20,000 nucleotides of DNA. It comes from Craspedostauros australis (Eukaryota). Positions 1 through 11,096 of the stretch are shown piece by piece. Numbering within the stretch: position 1 is the first letter of the stretch; the number at the start of each line of letters is the position of its first letter. Below the pieces are notes generated by a model, which searched no databases, was not told the origin of the DNA, and saw only the letters and a list, made by a program, of their open reading frames with translations. The stretch covers positions 58,268-78,267 of the forward strand of contig JALAGF010004376.1 in assembly GCA_030167865.1 (NCBI GenBank), given 5' to 3'. The position numbers and the translations under genes were made by a program.

Positions 1-2524
1 GACGCAGGACCCATGTCGGCATTGTTTGAATTTCTGCCGGTCCATTTGGATCTCAAGTTCCGGCCGTACCAGTACGTGCAGTACCAGAAGATGCAGCGCA
101 CCATGCTCTCCCAGAAGCGGTTTGACACCATGCTGCGCCAGCGCCCAACCGTCAGCCCCAAGGTCAATGCGAGAGTGTGGTGGAAGTACGCAATCGCTTG
201 CGTCACGACGCGGCCCACCAGCAGATCATGGCAGGATGTGCAGACGATATCCAAGCGCAGAAAGCGCTACCTCCAGCTGATCATCAAGAAGATGTCCCGC
301 CGGCCCAACGAAGGTTCCGGATTCCATGCCGGATTGTCGGACACCGAAAGTGCGGAGCTACTTGCCATGGAAGAAATGCTACCAATCGAAGCCCTCATGA
401 CGTTCCATCTCATAGCACTGCGACAATTCATCAAGATGGACGAGCAGCCCAAGCCGACCGAAGAAAAGAAGGCAACTGTCCTTCCCAAATCGCCAAGCCG
501 GACCAGGGCAATGGGTCGGTCCATCAAGCGGATATTTCGAGGCTCAAAGTCGAACAGCAGTAGCAGCACCAATACCGGCAATCACCCCGTTGCCAACTCC
601 ATCGACGCGACTTTGAGGGAGGAGAAGAAGATGGAAGACTATCAACAGACGCAAGCCCTGTTGGAATCACCACAGAAGACATCGCTTCATCATGGCATGG
701 CGGAAGAGCCGACGACGGAATCGCTCGTGAAGATCTTTCGGGAGAAACTGTCGAGGAAGAATTGGTTCACGAATGCCAAGCTGTTCCATGGAAAGATCAG
801 TATCACGCTGCTGTCGGAGGCTGATGAGGCCATCATCGTGCTGGATGCCGAGTTGATCGGGACGATTCAGACGTTGGGCGAAGGCAAGGTCGATTTCTTC
901 TTCGATGTGATGAAGTTCGAAATCGTCGGCACGCAGCGAGATTCCCAGCAGCAGGACACCTTCGAGCACGGAAAGATTCTTGTCGTGCAGGCGAAGGAAG
1001 AGGTGGAGTACGAGCAGTCAGACGATGACATGACGTTAGCAGATCTGCTGGAATCACCGTCCGGAATCGACAAAGATTCGTTGTTTGGTTTCATGGACCT
1101 ACCACCGATCGGGACCGTGTGCAGACTCGCCGCAGCGAAAGAGATGAATGCGTTCAAGTTCAGCTTCGCAGCTCACCCAGCAACCTTGATCTGGACAAAG
1201 CCGTGCTTCGATGCTGTCGCGGAATTCTTCGGGGCGCCCACGACAGAGATGCAGACCGAACTCACCAACGATCTCCGGATGGCTGCCACCCCGCTGGCGC
1301 GCAAGGCGCAGCATGCCTTGCAGTCGCCGTCAACGCTCCTTGTCCACGTCAACGTGGCAGCACCAAAGCTGTGGGTGCCAATGTCGGCGCGAGGCAAGGA
1401 CGGTGCACTCTTCCTCGATGCTGGACATTTCAAGATGTCCAGCATACGGAACGAGGGTGAGTCCCACGCTCGATGGAACATCAACGCAAGCGATATGCAG
1501 GTCAATTTCGCGAAGTTTCAGCAGTATCGTGGCATGGGTACAGCGCACAGCCGCATGATGTTCAGCTCGTTGGATGGAGTAGCGACGCGGTCCACATCTG
1601 CCATCATCCGACCATTCCAAGTCAACATGCAGATGAGCGTGACCGAGCTCCCGGATCCCATCACGCTGGCGGATGCACAGCGAACGAAGTACACGGGGAC
1701 TGTTGACTATATCCACGTCAGCATCAGCCCGATCCGTTTGAATCTCGTGGACGCCGAAGTTTTGGCGCGGGCGCTGGGCAAGTGGTACGCGCAGGGCATC
1801 GTGAGGGTGCGAACGCGCATATCATCGAGAGTGAAGAGCAAGAAAGCTACGAAGGGTGACGTGGACGATGTGATGACTTTCTTAAATCAAAATGATGCAA
1901 GACCGAACCATCTCACCTTGACGGTGGAGAAGGTGGAAGTGGCTTTAGAGGGTCATTCTAAATCATCGTTCCAGTCCGACGAAAAGAGCATCGCATCCAA
2001 CGAGACATCCCTGATCGACTTCGCCCTTCCTACGCGCACGTACGTCGTCGAAGTTTTCCGCATCCTGATCAAAAGATCTCAATTTCTGAATTCCACTGCC
2101 ACAACGCTGGATGTCATGGATGCCTCGATCGTACAGTTGAAGGACCCCAAGGAGTACAATCCGATGAAATCAAGGCACGAGGCGAAAGAGCTGCAATTCG
2201 CGATCCTCCAGCGAGGACAACTCCAGCGAGACGAAATCCCTCGCAGACGATCCATGTCGCCGCAACGGCGGAGAGGAAGGGGACCTCATCACACCAACAG
2301 ACAGGACACGATCCTGAAGGCCAGACTGTACCATGATGGCCGAAATCACTTGGATGAAGTCGAGGTGGATGTCGATTCCTTGGTGCTGCGCGTAACACCA
2401 ACGTCACTGAAGGACTGCGCCAAGGGTATCCGGAAGGTTGCGGAGCTTGTTCAGCTGATGACGAAGGAAATGGAACGCAAGGTCCACGAGGAAGGTCGCA
2501 TGGCGCGAGAAAAGGGACGCAGCC
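1..2524 (+). CDS. VPS13: VPS13-family bridge-like lipid transfer protein, first visible exon (gene begins upstream of the window)
   Basis: Frame is open from base 1 (GAC GCA GGA CCC ATG). Contains VPS13 N-terminal-region motifs WWKYAIACV, RRKRYLQL, MEEMLPIEALMTF and RBG-type VNVAAPKLWVP...LFLDAGHFKM. Ends at donor C|GTAAGT (GT at 2525), phase 1. Confidence 0.88.
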
Positions 2525-2756
2525 GTAAGTACCATCAACAATGCGCCACGATGACAGCAACTGCATTCGTATCCACGTCCAAGTATGCTCGTTGACGCTA
2601 CTGCTCATTCACTCATTCATTCAATCGTCCATCTGCCCATTTCCATTTGTCCACGTTGTTTTTCATCCATCCATTTGATTCTTTGTCCATCCACTTGTTC
2701 CCACGAAAACCAACTGCATATTTGCATGATGCCATCGCCAATGCCCGACGTCGCAG

Positions 2757-5510
2757 TCGCAGACCTGGATGACATCCAGCAAAGTGGGTCTGGCAGCAGG
2801 CCTGAATCTCCTGCACAGTCGCTGACATCAGACTCATCCGATTTGCAGCAGGCTAAGTCAGATGGCAGCACATCACCCTCCGACTCGAGCTTGTTGCTGA
2901 AGGTGACGTTGCGAGAGAGCACGATCCTGGCTGGACGCCCGACGGGCATCAAAAGGAGAGGCGGTCGTGCCAGCACGCCGATGCGACGGTCGTCGGCCAA
3001 CATCAAGAAGCAGAAGATGTCATTCGCGGTGGTGCAAGTTTTGTCGAATGCGCTGATTATGTTTCAGTCCATCGAGAACGACGATGGCAGCGGATCGAAG
3101 ACTCTGCATGTGAGCCTGGACAACATGTCTGCATCTGTGGACACGCACTTCGAACAGATCCCGCTTTCGCACGAGAATCCCATGGTCGGTCCAACAGGCG
3201 CCGAATTTCGCGTTGTGTACGCGACGGAGAATCTCGGCTGGGTGGTTTCGCAAGATATCTCATTCGACTGCGAGCACTTGAAGGCGTGCATGACGCCCAA
3301 CGATATGTCTGTACTATTCACCGTCATCAGGATCATGATTGATCGACTGAAGCCGTCGATGCCCACCGAAGAGGATGAATCGCAGAAACCGAAAACGAAG
3401 AGCTTCCTCTCATCTCTCGTGAAGTACCAGAAGAATGGGTCGGGCATTGCAACGCGCATCAGAGTTGAAGTCCAGACGCTTTCGTTCGTCATGCTACAAG
3501 CATTCCGATCGAAGTACGGCACCCCCGAATTTCTGTCCTTCAATCTCAAGGACATGAAGGTACGGCTGGACGGGTGCATATCGGCCCTCTCGGGTGACTG
3601 CGTGGTGGAGCTGTCTTCGGACTTTTTCAACCCGGAACTCCGTGACTGGGAGTACGCCGTGGAACCCTTCCTCCTCAACGTCGCGGTGGATCAAATGCCA
3701 AACGAGCTGATCCTCGACCTGTCCTCGCAGGGGCCGTTGCTGGTGAATCTCACGGGCGTCTTCCTGAAGGCATTCACGGAGATGGATTTTGATCTGCTGC
3801 GAAAACAAGGGCAGCCGGAAGATCTCCTGCAGTCCGAGGCTCTGACCTCTGCGTTGTCCACAGTTGGTCTCCGCCGAGCCACAGAATCACACAACATCTC
3901 CATCCACAACCACACGGGGTTGGACATCGTTGTCGACATGCCGAACGTACCAGCCATCAGCGAAGGCAACGTGAGGTTCGATTCCATTGGATTTGGACTG
4001 GTGAAGAGCGGCAGGAGTGCATCGCTTGACACAATCTTTGACTTTATCGATGACGAAGGCATTACTAAGTCATCAACGACGTTGCGCATGAACCTTGCAA
4101 CTTCGACCAAGGGCATCATCGGCGATCGCCAACCCATCATTGGACTCCCCATCGCTTCATCGTCTTCGGACAAGGTATCCACGTTGCACATCCTCCAGCC
4201 TTTGATGGATGCAAGCGGTTTCTGGCCAGGGAACCATACCGATGGAAGGAACAGCCCCGAGACGGTGACCACGGTCAGGACCGACGGGTCACGCTCTGAT
4301 TTCGCCTACTATCACGCTGAACCGGTGGTTGAATGGTGCATGCAGAATCAGCGGCTTCGGTCAAGCACGTCTGATCTGTACAGTTTGGGAAAAGGCAAGG
4401 ATCTGCTGTCCTCGACCATGTGGTCACCCGAAGAAGAGTACAGCATCGACACCATAGATCTCAGCCAGTTCCAAGGCAACGTCGCGCCTGTGGATTCATT
4501 CCTGGACGACCAGCGATCCCAGCGCCAAGTCTTGACACCCATCCGGAAATCGAAGTTCGCACCTCACAAGAGCAACTGGTTGAGACCTTACCTGAAGAAC
4601 GACTCTCCGGAATGGACCGACATGACATGCATCCTGAAGATGGCCAGGGACAGAGTCATGCTCCCAGACAGTAACTGGATCTGGGTGAACGACTGGACCG
4701 TGGATCTGAGCGGTGAAATTGGAATCTCCACCGACTCGGATGGATGGGAATACGAGGCGGACTTTGAAACGTTCACGCGGGACCGCCGGTGCTACAGACG
4801 AGGCGACGCATCACGGCGGCGGCGTTGGACTCGAACGAGGATAGTCAGACCACCTCGCTTGGACGATCCAATGCGCCTGCTGAAGGTTGTTTGGGAGACG
4901 TCGCGCGATAAACACGGCAATTTCATGATCGAGGTCAAAAGCCACGTGTCCATTCACAACAACACCGCCTCACCGTTGTCGTTCTTTGCCTTCAGCCCGT
5001 CGTGGAACGAGGAACAATGCATCGGTCCGGCAGATCCAGGCAAGACGATCCCTGTCCCCGTCACGCTGGCTTCCGCTGTCTTCCTGCGTCTCGCCAAGCG
5101 CAAGTCGAGCCAACAGTCGTCCTCCATCCAGGACTATTTGACGACGAGAAGGCTCATGATCCTCCCAACGGGCTACAATTCGACAGTCTGCCTGCGGTCA
5201 ACGCTTTCGCTGGACGACGTATCGGAAAAGAGCCTCAACTTCTTGGTTCGAGTCGTCAGCAAGGAAGGTGCCGTGACCATAACGGTTGATCCCGTGCTCA
5301 AGGTGATCAATCTCCTCCCCTGCCAGTTGGAGTGTCAGCTTGGTGAGGTCCTGCGACCGGCAGACAAACGAAGCGAAGACCTGCGGCCGTCCATCTCCAG
5401 AAACGAACAAACCCGCATCACAAACGTTGATACACTGGCCATTGCTAGTGGGCAAGAAGGCAAATGCATAGCAGTCAATCCTGCCTCAAAGCCACATATC
5501 TCTCTTCGAG
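2757..5510 (+). CDS. VPS13: VPS13 exon: distal RBG repeats, DysF (Peroxin/Ferlin) domain, start of VAB/SHR-BD region
   Basis: Acceptor CAG ending 2756 (alternative 2762) gives the correct phase. Motifs FFNPELRDWEYAVEPF, IHNHTGLDI, DGWEY...RRRRWTRTR, IHNNTASPL, VINLLPCQL. Donor AG|GTAAGC at 5511. Confidence 0.88.
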
Positions 5511-5872
5511 GTAAGCGCATTCGAGAATCGTCCATCGTGTACTTGTGCCGCGCCGACTGCTCTGCCTGCATGCCCGCAGATGTTCTATCTGCTTCGCAGG
5601 AGCTCTCTCTTCGCAATCGGTTGCTCTCAGCCATGTACTCGTAAGGTCTCTTCGTGGATTTTGCCTCCACATACGATTGCGGCATTCTCTTCGTGCTTTA
5701 TTACTATTGCCATCCTCGCATTGGTGTTCCAACGCCACAGAAATCGTTTCTGACTTGTTTTGATGAATGCGCACACTTGCCGTCGCATCAATGGTGTTTG
5801 CTTTGAATATTTCACCCTTTTATACTGCTACCCGTGCCATACGCTTACACCTCCACATGCGCGGTCGAGCAG

Positions 5873-7719
5873 TCCCTGGGTATGGCTGGTCGGCATGGCA
5901 ACGGCTTGTGAATCGAGAATCCGATCCCAGTACTTGGCGTCCAAAGGAGCCTGAGGAGGAGTGGCACTTGAACTGGAATCAGGCAGACGCTGATTATGTT
6001 GACGAATTGAAGACGATGGTGCGCTTCGACAAGGAAGGCTATCCGAACGATTCTCTTGTCCTCATCATCAGTGTGCAGTGCGGTCACTCACCGACCATCC
6101 GGGTCTTCTCGCAGTACTGGATCGTCGACAAGACAGGTTTCGGATGTCGCTTTTCTGAAACCTTCTCAAATCTAATCGGCACATCGCCTGAAGTTGAATA
6201 CTCAAGGCGATCGTACCAGCCAAGCGACTACTCTCAAGATCAGTCGACACAACATGACATGGGACTGCCAGGACACCAGTGGTCCATGGGGATGAGCGGG
6301 ATGACGATGTATTTCTCCCAAAGAGAAAGAGTCGCCATTACACTCGAGATGGAATCTGCAGATGACAAGCTGCTAAGAAAGCCGGTTCGCACCAAATGGA
6401 CTGCGCCCATGGACATTTCCAACGTTATGCCAAAGACTGTTTTCAGCATCGACGAAATCGCCGGGCAGCGAAAATTCGAACTCGCCATCAGCGTGACGGT
6501 GTGCCCAGGCATTTTCGGGCGCACACGCCTCATCACCCTCATCCCGAGGTACCAGATCATCAACTTACTGAAGCGAGAGCTCGTGGTCTCGCAGGATGGA
6601 TGCTCGGGAGCGGAGACATTGATCCCGTCTCAATCGTCGATATCGTTCCACTGGGAGAAGCAAACGAATCCACCGAAGGTCCGTCTCGGCGTGCCAACGA
6701 TCGAGGAGAGGAATAACAAAGCGTTCGATGAATGTTGGACGCATGGCTGCATCCAGTTGGACAAGATTGGTATCACTGCGATGCGGTTCCCCACAACGTC
6801 GCTGCTCTCGGCGAAGCCCATGGTGATCCAGGCGGAGGTGCGGTTGGCAGCGAAGGAGCAACCATCGGCGGTGGCCATCGTGCTGTGGTCAGCCAACGTG
6901 GACTCCAATCCACTGTACCTCCTGAGGAACAGGACATCATTCGCGATATTGTGCCGGCAGCCTCTGCAAGATGAGCCACCTGCTGATATCACCGGCAAGG
7001 ATGATGGCATGCTTCTTGATGGATGCACAGGCGGCCAGCCAAAGCAAAGCATTCAGAAGAATAGCGGCTTCGAATGCGGCTCGGATTTCAACCCCATCAT
7101 TCGCTCCTTCCTGGGCTTGGACCGCTTCGAAGAATTTGTTTGGATCCTCCGCAATGGCGACGTTGCTTGCTTTGGCTTCGATGATCCTGAAAAGCCGCAC
7201 ATCTTGGAATGGGCCGTGGTGCAAGATGACTGCGTCGAGTTCGACGAAGAGAAGCGCACAGCATTCTTGGAGGTGGATGCTATGGGATCTTCCAGCTCGT
7301 TGCCCGTCATGGGATCAAAGGACATTCGTTGTCAAATCAAGGCAGAGCACTCCACGAAAGTGATCGAATTCACGATGGGCACCACCTCGCCTTCCACCGG
7401 AAGCCTGATGGGCAAGATGATGAAAGAGGAGAGTTTGGTGCAACAGATCGGCCCCAGCTCTAACTCATCATCCATGACGCTACCTGGAGACGACGATGAG
7501 CAGGCGGCGCTGACATTGCGGGTGAACATACCAGCACTTTCCGTGAGCGTCATTGACAACTCCGATCCCGCGGTGCACGGTCGAGAAATTCTGATGGCGA
7601 GGCTAGATTCCATCTTCGCTTCCTTCTCTCAGTCACGGGAGGGTTATCATGAAATCGAGTTCCGTGCAATGAGCCTTCAGGTCGACAACCATGTCCCGGG
7701 GTCCATCCATCCCGTTATG
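5873..7719 (+). CDS. VPS13: VPS13 exon: VAB (SHR-BD) repeats and start of C-terminal region
   Basis: Acceptor CAG 5870-5872 restores frame, giving HISLR-V-PGYGWS. VAB-like motifs YWIVDKTG, RTRLITLIPRYQIINLL, PLYLLRNRT, FGFDDP, then SVSVIDN and LQVDNH. Donor ATG|GTAAGT at 7720, phase 0. Confidence 0.9.
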
Positions 7720-7775
7720 GTAAGTTGGATGTGTTGCGATGCTGAGAATCAGAAGGATGGGCAAGATCAGCCGGA

Positions 7776-7835
7776 GTAGGGTTAGGGGTTGGGCGTTAGG
7801 GTGAGGAGTTTGGGTGAGGCGTTAGGGTTAGGAGG
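7776..7835 (+). repeat. Degenerate TTAGGG telomere-like, G-rich tract in VPS13 intron 7720-7916
   Basis: gtagggttaggggttgggcgttagggtgaggagtttgggtgaggcgttagggttaggagg; exact TTAGGG at 7782, 7796 and 7822; six runs of at least 3 G. Confidence 0.75.
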
Positions 7836-7916
7836 ATGTGGTGCGATGTTTGCATGGTGACATCACTGTAACTCACATCTTTGCTTTACCATACTCGTAC
7901 CACGGGCACCCAATAG

Positions 7917-8056
7917 ATCTTCTGCCCCCCGATTCTTGAGAGCGAACCGGTGTTCCATCTCTCTGCGGTCAGAAGGTTGCAGGAACACAGCACGACATTC
8001 GTCTTTCGCTACGTTGCAATCCGACTGCTAGAAGTTCGAGCTTTCCTTGATCGAAG
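7917..8056 (+). CDS. VPS13: VPS13 short internal exon (140 nt), not in the ORF track
   Basis: Acceptor TAG 7914-7916; translates without stops as IFCPPILESEPVFHLSAVRRLQEHSTTFVFRYVAIRLLEVRAFLDR; donor AG|GTGAGT at 8057, phase 2, which matches the phase of the next acceptor. Confidence 0.88.
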
Positions 8057-8359
8057 GTGAGTCCATGTCTCTATCAACGTGCACTCATGGTGGGCACATG
8101 TGGATGTGTGGATGTTATGGCATGCGGAACGCACATGCAGGCGCTTGCCGACTGTATCATCGCTGTTGCTATTCCCATGACACCACAAGCATTTGTGCAA
8201 CAAGCCCTGCATTCGTCGTATTCACGCTCATCTTGAAGCTCATGAACTCACACTTGCGCCTGTGCCTACGCCTACGCCTACATCTTCATTTTCGCTCACA
8301 TGGACAAATGAATGAATACTGCGCCGTGTCCGTACATTTGTAAATGTCTAAATGTGCAG

Positions 8360-10397
8360 AACTGCCGAGACAATTGCGAGGTTCATCGAGCCAATCCGTG
8401 CTTCGACCGAAATGCAAACTGTGCGCCATCATGATTGGATCAAATCGCTCACCAGTAGCATGGGTCAAGACTTCTCGAAGCCTGACCGGCGGGCACCACG
8501 CGATATCGCCAAAGTCATCCACACGGCGAATTCGGGACGCGTCTACTTGGAACAGCTTCACCTTCACCCGGTCCGTATTGCGCTGACATTCACACAAGAA
8601 TGGTCGGAGAATATCCAAGGCAACGACAGCATCATGGTGTTCCAGTTCATCCGAGGAATGGCAAGCATCGCCGAAGCTCCGTTGACCTTCACTTCCTTCA
8701 TGGTCGGCCACGTGTTCGAATCGCCGCAGACGTTAGCACGCGTCATCGCGACGCACTACTCGTCGCAACTGACCAAGCAGATCTTTGGCATCGTTGGGAG
8801 TTTGGCCATCCTTGGGGCACCTGCAGATTTCATCTCCAACGTCGGAACCGGAGTGCGCGACTTTTTCTACGAGCCGATCAACGGTGCAGTTCACGGCCCC
8901 CGACAGTTCATTGAAGGACTGGAGGCAGGAACATCGAGTCTTGCGCGGGGTGTGTTCGTGGGCGTCGTGCGCGGAGCCGCCAACGTGACGGAAGCCGTAA
9001 ATGCGAATTTGGCCGGGCTGACTGCTGATGACGACTTCATCGACGAACGGAAGGCACATCAGCGCCTGATGATGGATGCCATGAGCCGCGGAGTAACGAA
9101 CCGGACCTTCTCAGAATCCTTGTACTTGGCAGGTGCAAGCGTGACGCGGGGGGTCAAGTCCGGCGCATTGGGCGTTGTGGAACAGCCGGCAAGGTACGCC
9201 TCAAAGCATGGTCCAGTCGGGTTTGTGAAGGGGGTCGGGAAGGCCATCCTCGGTGCGGTTGTGAAGCCGGTTGTTGGGATCGGCGATGCGGCCGCCTTGC
9301 TGATGAATCATGTCTCGGACGCCACGAGCAACAAGCAGGTGTTCCACAAGATACCGAAGAGGATGCGACGCGCGCTGCCCAGCAGGTCGATGGAGAAGCC
9401 GAACTGCGTCATTCTGGTACCTTTCGATGAACGTGCTGCGAAGGCGCAAAAGATCGTGACCGGCGGAGAAAGCGTGGACGACGTCTACATCGGACATGTG
9501 AATATCCCGAGCCATCTGATCATATCGAGCGCCCAGTGCCTGTGGGCGATCGACAAGCAATCTCGAGAGCCGTGGTGCGTGAATTGGGACGAGATTAGTC
9601 ACTTCGGGCGCATCCTGGGAGGCATCCGTGTCGTGGTGTTCAGCCAAACGGGTTTGAAGCCGTACGCGTTCCTCGTGGACGCGCAGTCAGAATCTGACGC
9701 GCTGTTCGACCTCCTGATGATGCAGTCCGGAAAGATGGGCAACTCGTCAAGCAACCTCGCCGACCTGCAAAGCCTTCAGGGCGTCGACATCGAGCTCGGT
9801 GACATGCCGGGCATCCGCGCCAGGCAGATGAAGCACGTGTTCGGGAGCTGCAACCACTCTCGGATCCGGCTGAACAGCAGCGTGAAAGATGAGATCGATC
9901 TGATCGAGCAATGCTTCGGACGCGTCAAGAACCTCAGCAGCGAATCTCCATCCTTCTTCGGTGCGATCGACCAGGAAGCGTGGTCCCTCGTGAATTGCTG
10001 GGGTCAGGTGTTCTCCGGCCTGAGCTCGCGGCGGTGCATCGCAGCCGGCGTGATCAACGGGACCGGCAACCCCATCCAAATAAAATCCACCAAGCTTGTG
10101 GAAGGCGGGTCGCCATGCTACTCCATCCCGAGCCGCGAATTCGATTCTCTGCAGGGCGTTTTGCATGCCGGCGGCGCGATCCTGTTCTTCGGCTGGGGCG
10201 TAGTGCCGTCGCTGTTGCAACCGGGCAACGTGTTTATGCACATCGAAACCAACGCGTTCATCGCGGATCTCTCCGACAAGAAGAGCAGGGATACATGCGC
10301 GATCGGCATGCCGGGATACCAGGTGGGCTTCTTGGAGAAGAGCTACGACGATGCCCAGTGGTGGGCCAAGTACTGGCTGCTCATCCGGAAGGTGTAG
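8360..10397 (+). CDS. VPS13: VPS13 terminal exon: VPS13_C/ATG2_C helices, PH-like domain and an extra C-terminal domain
   Basis: Acceptor CAG 8357-8359. Motifs VYLEQLHLHPVRIALTF, GSLAILGAP, GTGVRDFFYEP, GFVKGVGKAILGAVVKPVVG, RMRRAL. Stop TAG 10395-10397. The five exons sum to 9303 nt, a multiple of 3. Confidence 0.92.
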
Positions 10398-10570
10398 GGT
10401 GTGGTGCAAGCACGAGTAGGAGTAGGAGTAGAGCGGTGGGCACTAACGTAACGTATGGTGAATAGTCGTACAAATGCGAGTGCTTGACAGAGGCTTTGCG
10501 GGCTGAGGCATCGCAGATGTGGGGGATGGTTGAATGATAGACTATTGGTACGATTACGAGTGTGTACAGC

Positions 10571-10596
10571 ATGGTATGGTATGGTATGGTATGGTA
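10571..10596. repeat. (ATGGT)5 microsatellite downstream of VPS13
   Basis: atggtatggtatggtatggtatggta read directly. Confidence 0.9.
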
Positions 10597-11042
10597 CGAA
10601 GACAAGTCATGTCCTGATGATGGTGGGACACCAATGATCTCTGTCGAGGCCGTCCTCTAGTCACACAAAATACGCTACGTGCGTGCGCAATGTTGGTGGA
10701 TAGTCGACCCATACGACTACATTCCTGTGTCGCTGCCGGAAGCGCGAAACGAAGAACGCAAAGACAGAACCGCAACCAACAACATCCACCACGGCGGTCA
10801 TTGCGAACACGGTGAGCACCTGTGGATCCGTAGATTCGGTGCTGTCTCTGTGTGCTCGCCATGATGTCGTTGCATAGGTCGTGGATCGCTCGAACCACTC
10901 AATGCGAGTTCATAGTCGTACATGGATTGGACTCACAGGCATTACCATACTATTCTACTATCAAAGATCGTATTATACATACTATTATAGTATCATACGC
11001 GTACATCCCCGCAACAAACAAGCAATACCAACAGCAGTCCAC

Positions 11043-11088
11043 CACAGGACTAGCACAGGACGAGCACAGGACTAGCACAGGACGAGCA
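11043..11088. repeat. 11-bp tandem repeat x4 (22-bp higher-order unit x2) just upstream of the GPR107-like start codon
   Basis: cacaggactag cacaggacgag cacaggactag cacaggacgag ca. Confidence 0.9.
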
Positions 11089-11096
11089 GTCAGAAG

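Noticed and set aside
5600-5646. Possible cryptic exon in VPS13 intron 2 (CAG at 5599 or 5630, GTAAGG at 5641)
   Set aside because: Would be 41 or 10 nt and shift the frame, while direct 5510-5873 splicing gives a good sequence; a poison exon cannot be supported without RNA data.
2525-8359. Apparent frameshifts between VPS13 ORFs (pseudogene or programmed frameshifting)
   Set aside because: All are explained by canonical GT-AG introns with matching phases.
10400-11040. Small ORFs between VPS13 and the GPR107-like gene
   Set aside because: Short, non-ATG or microsatellite-derived, no motifs; consistent with UTR and promoter sequence.
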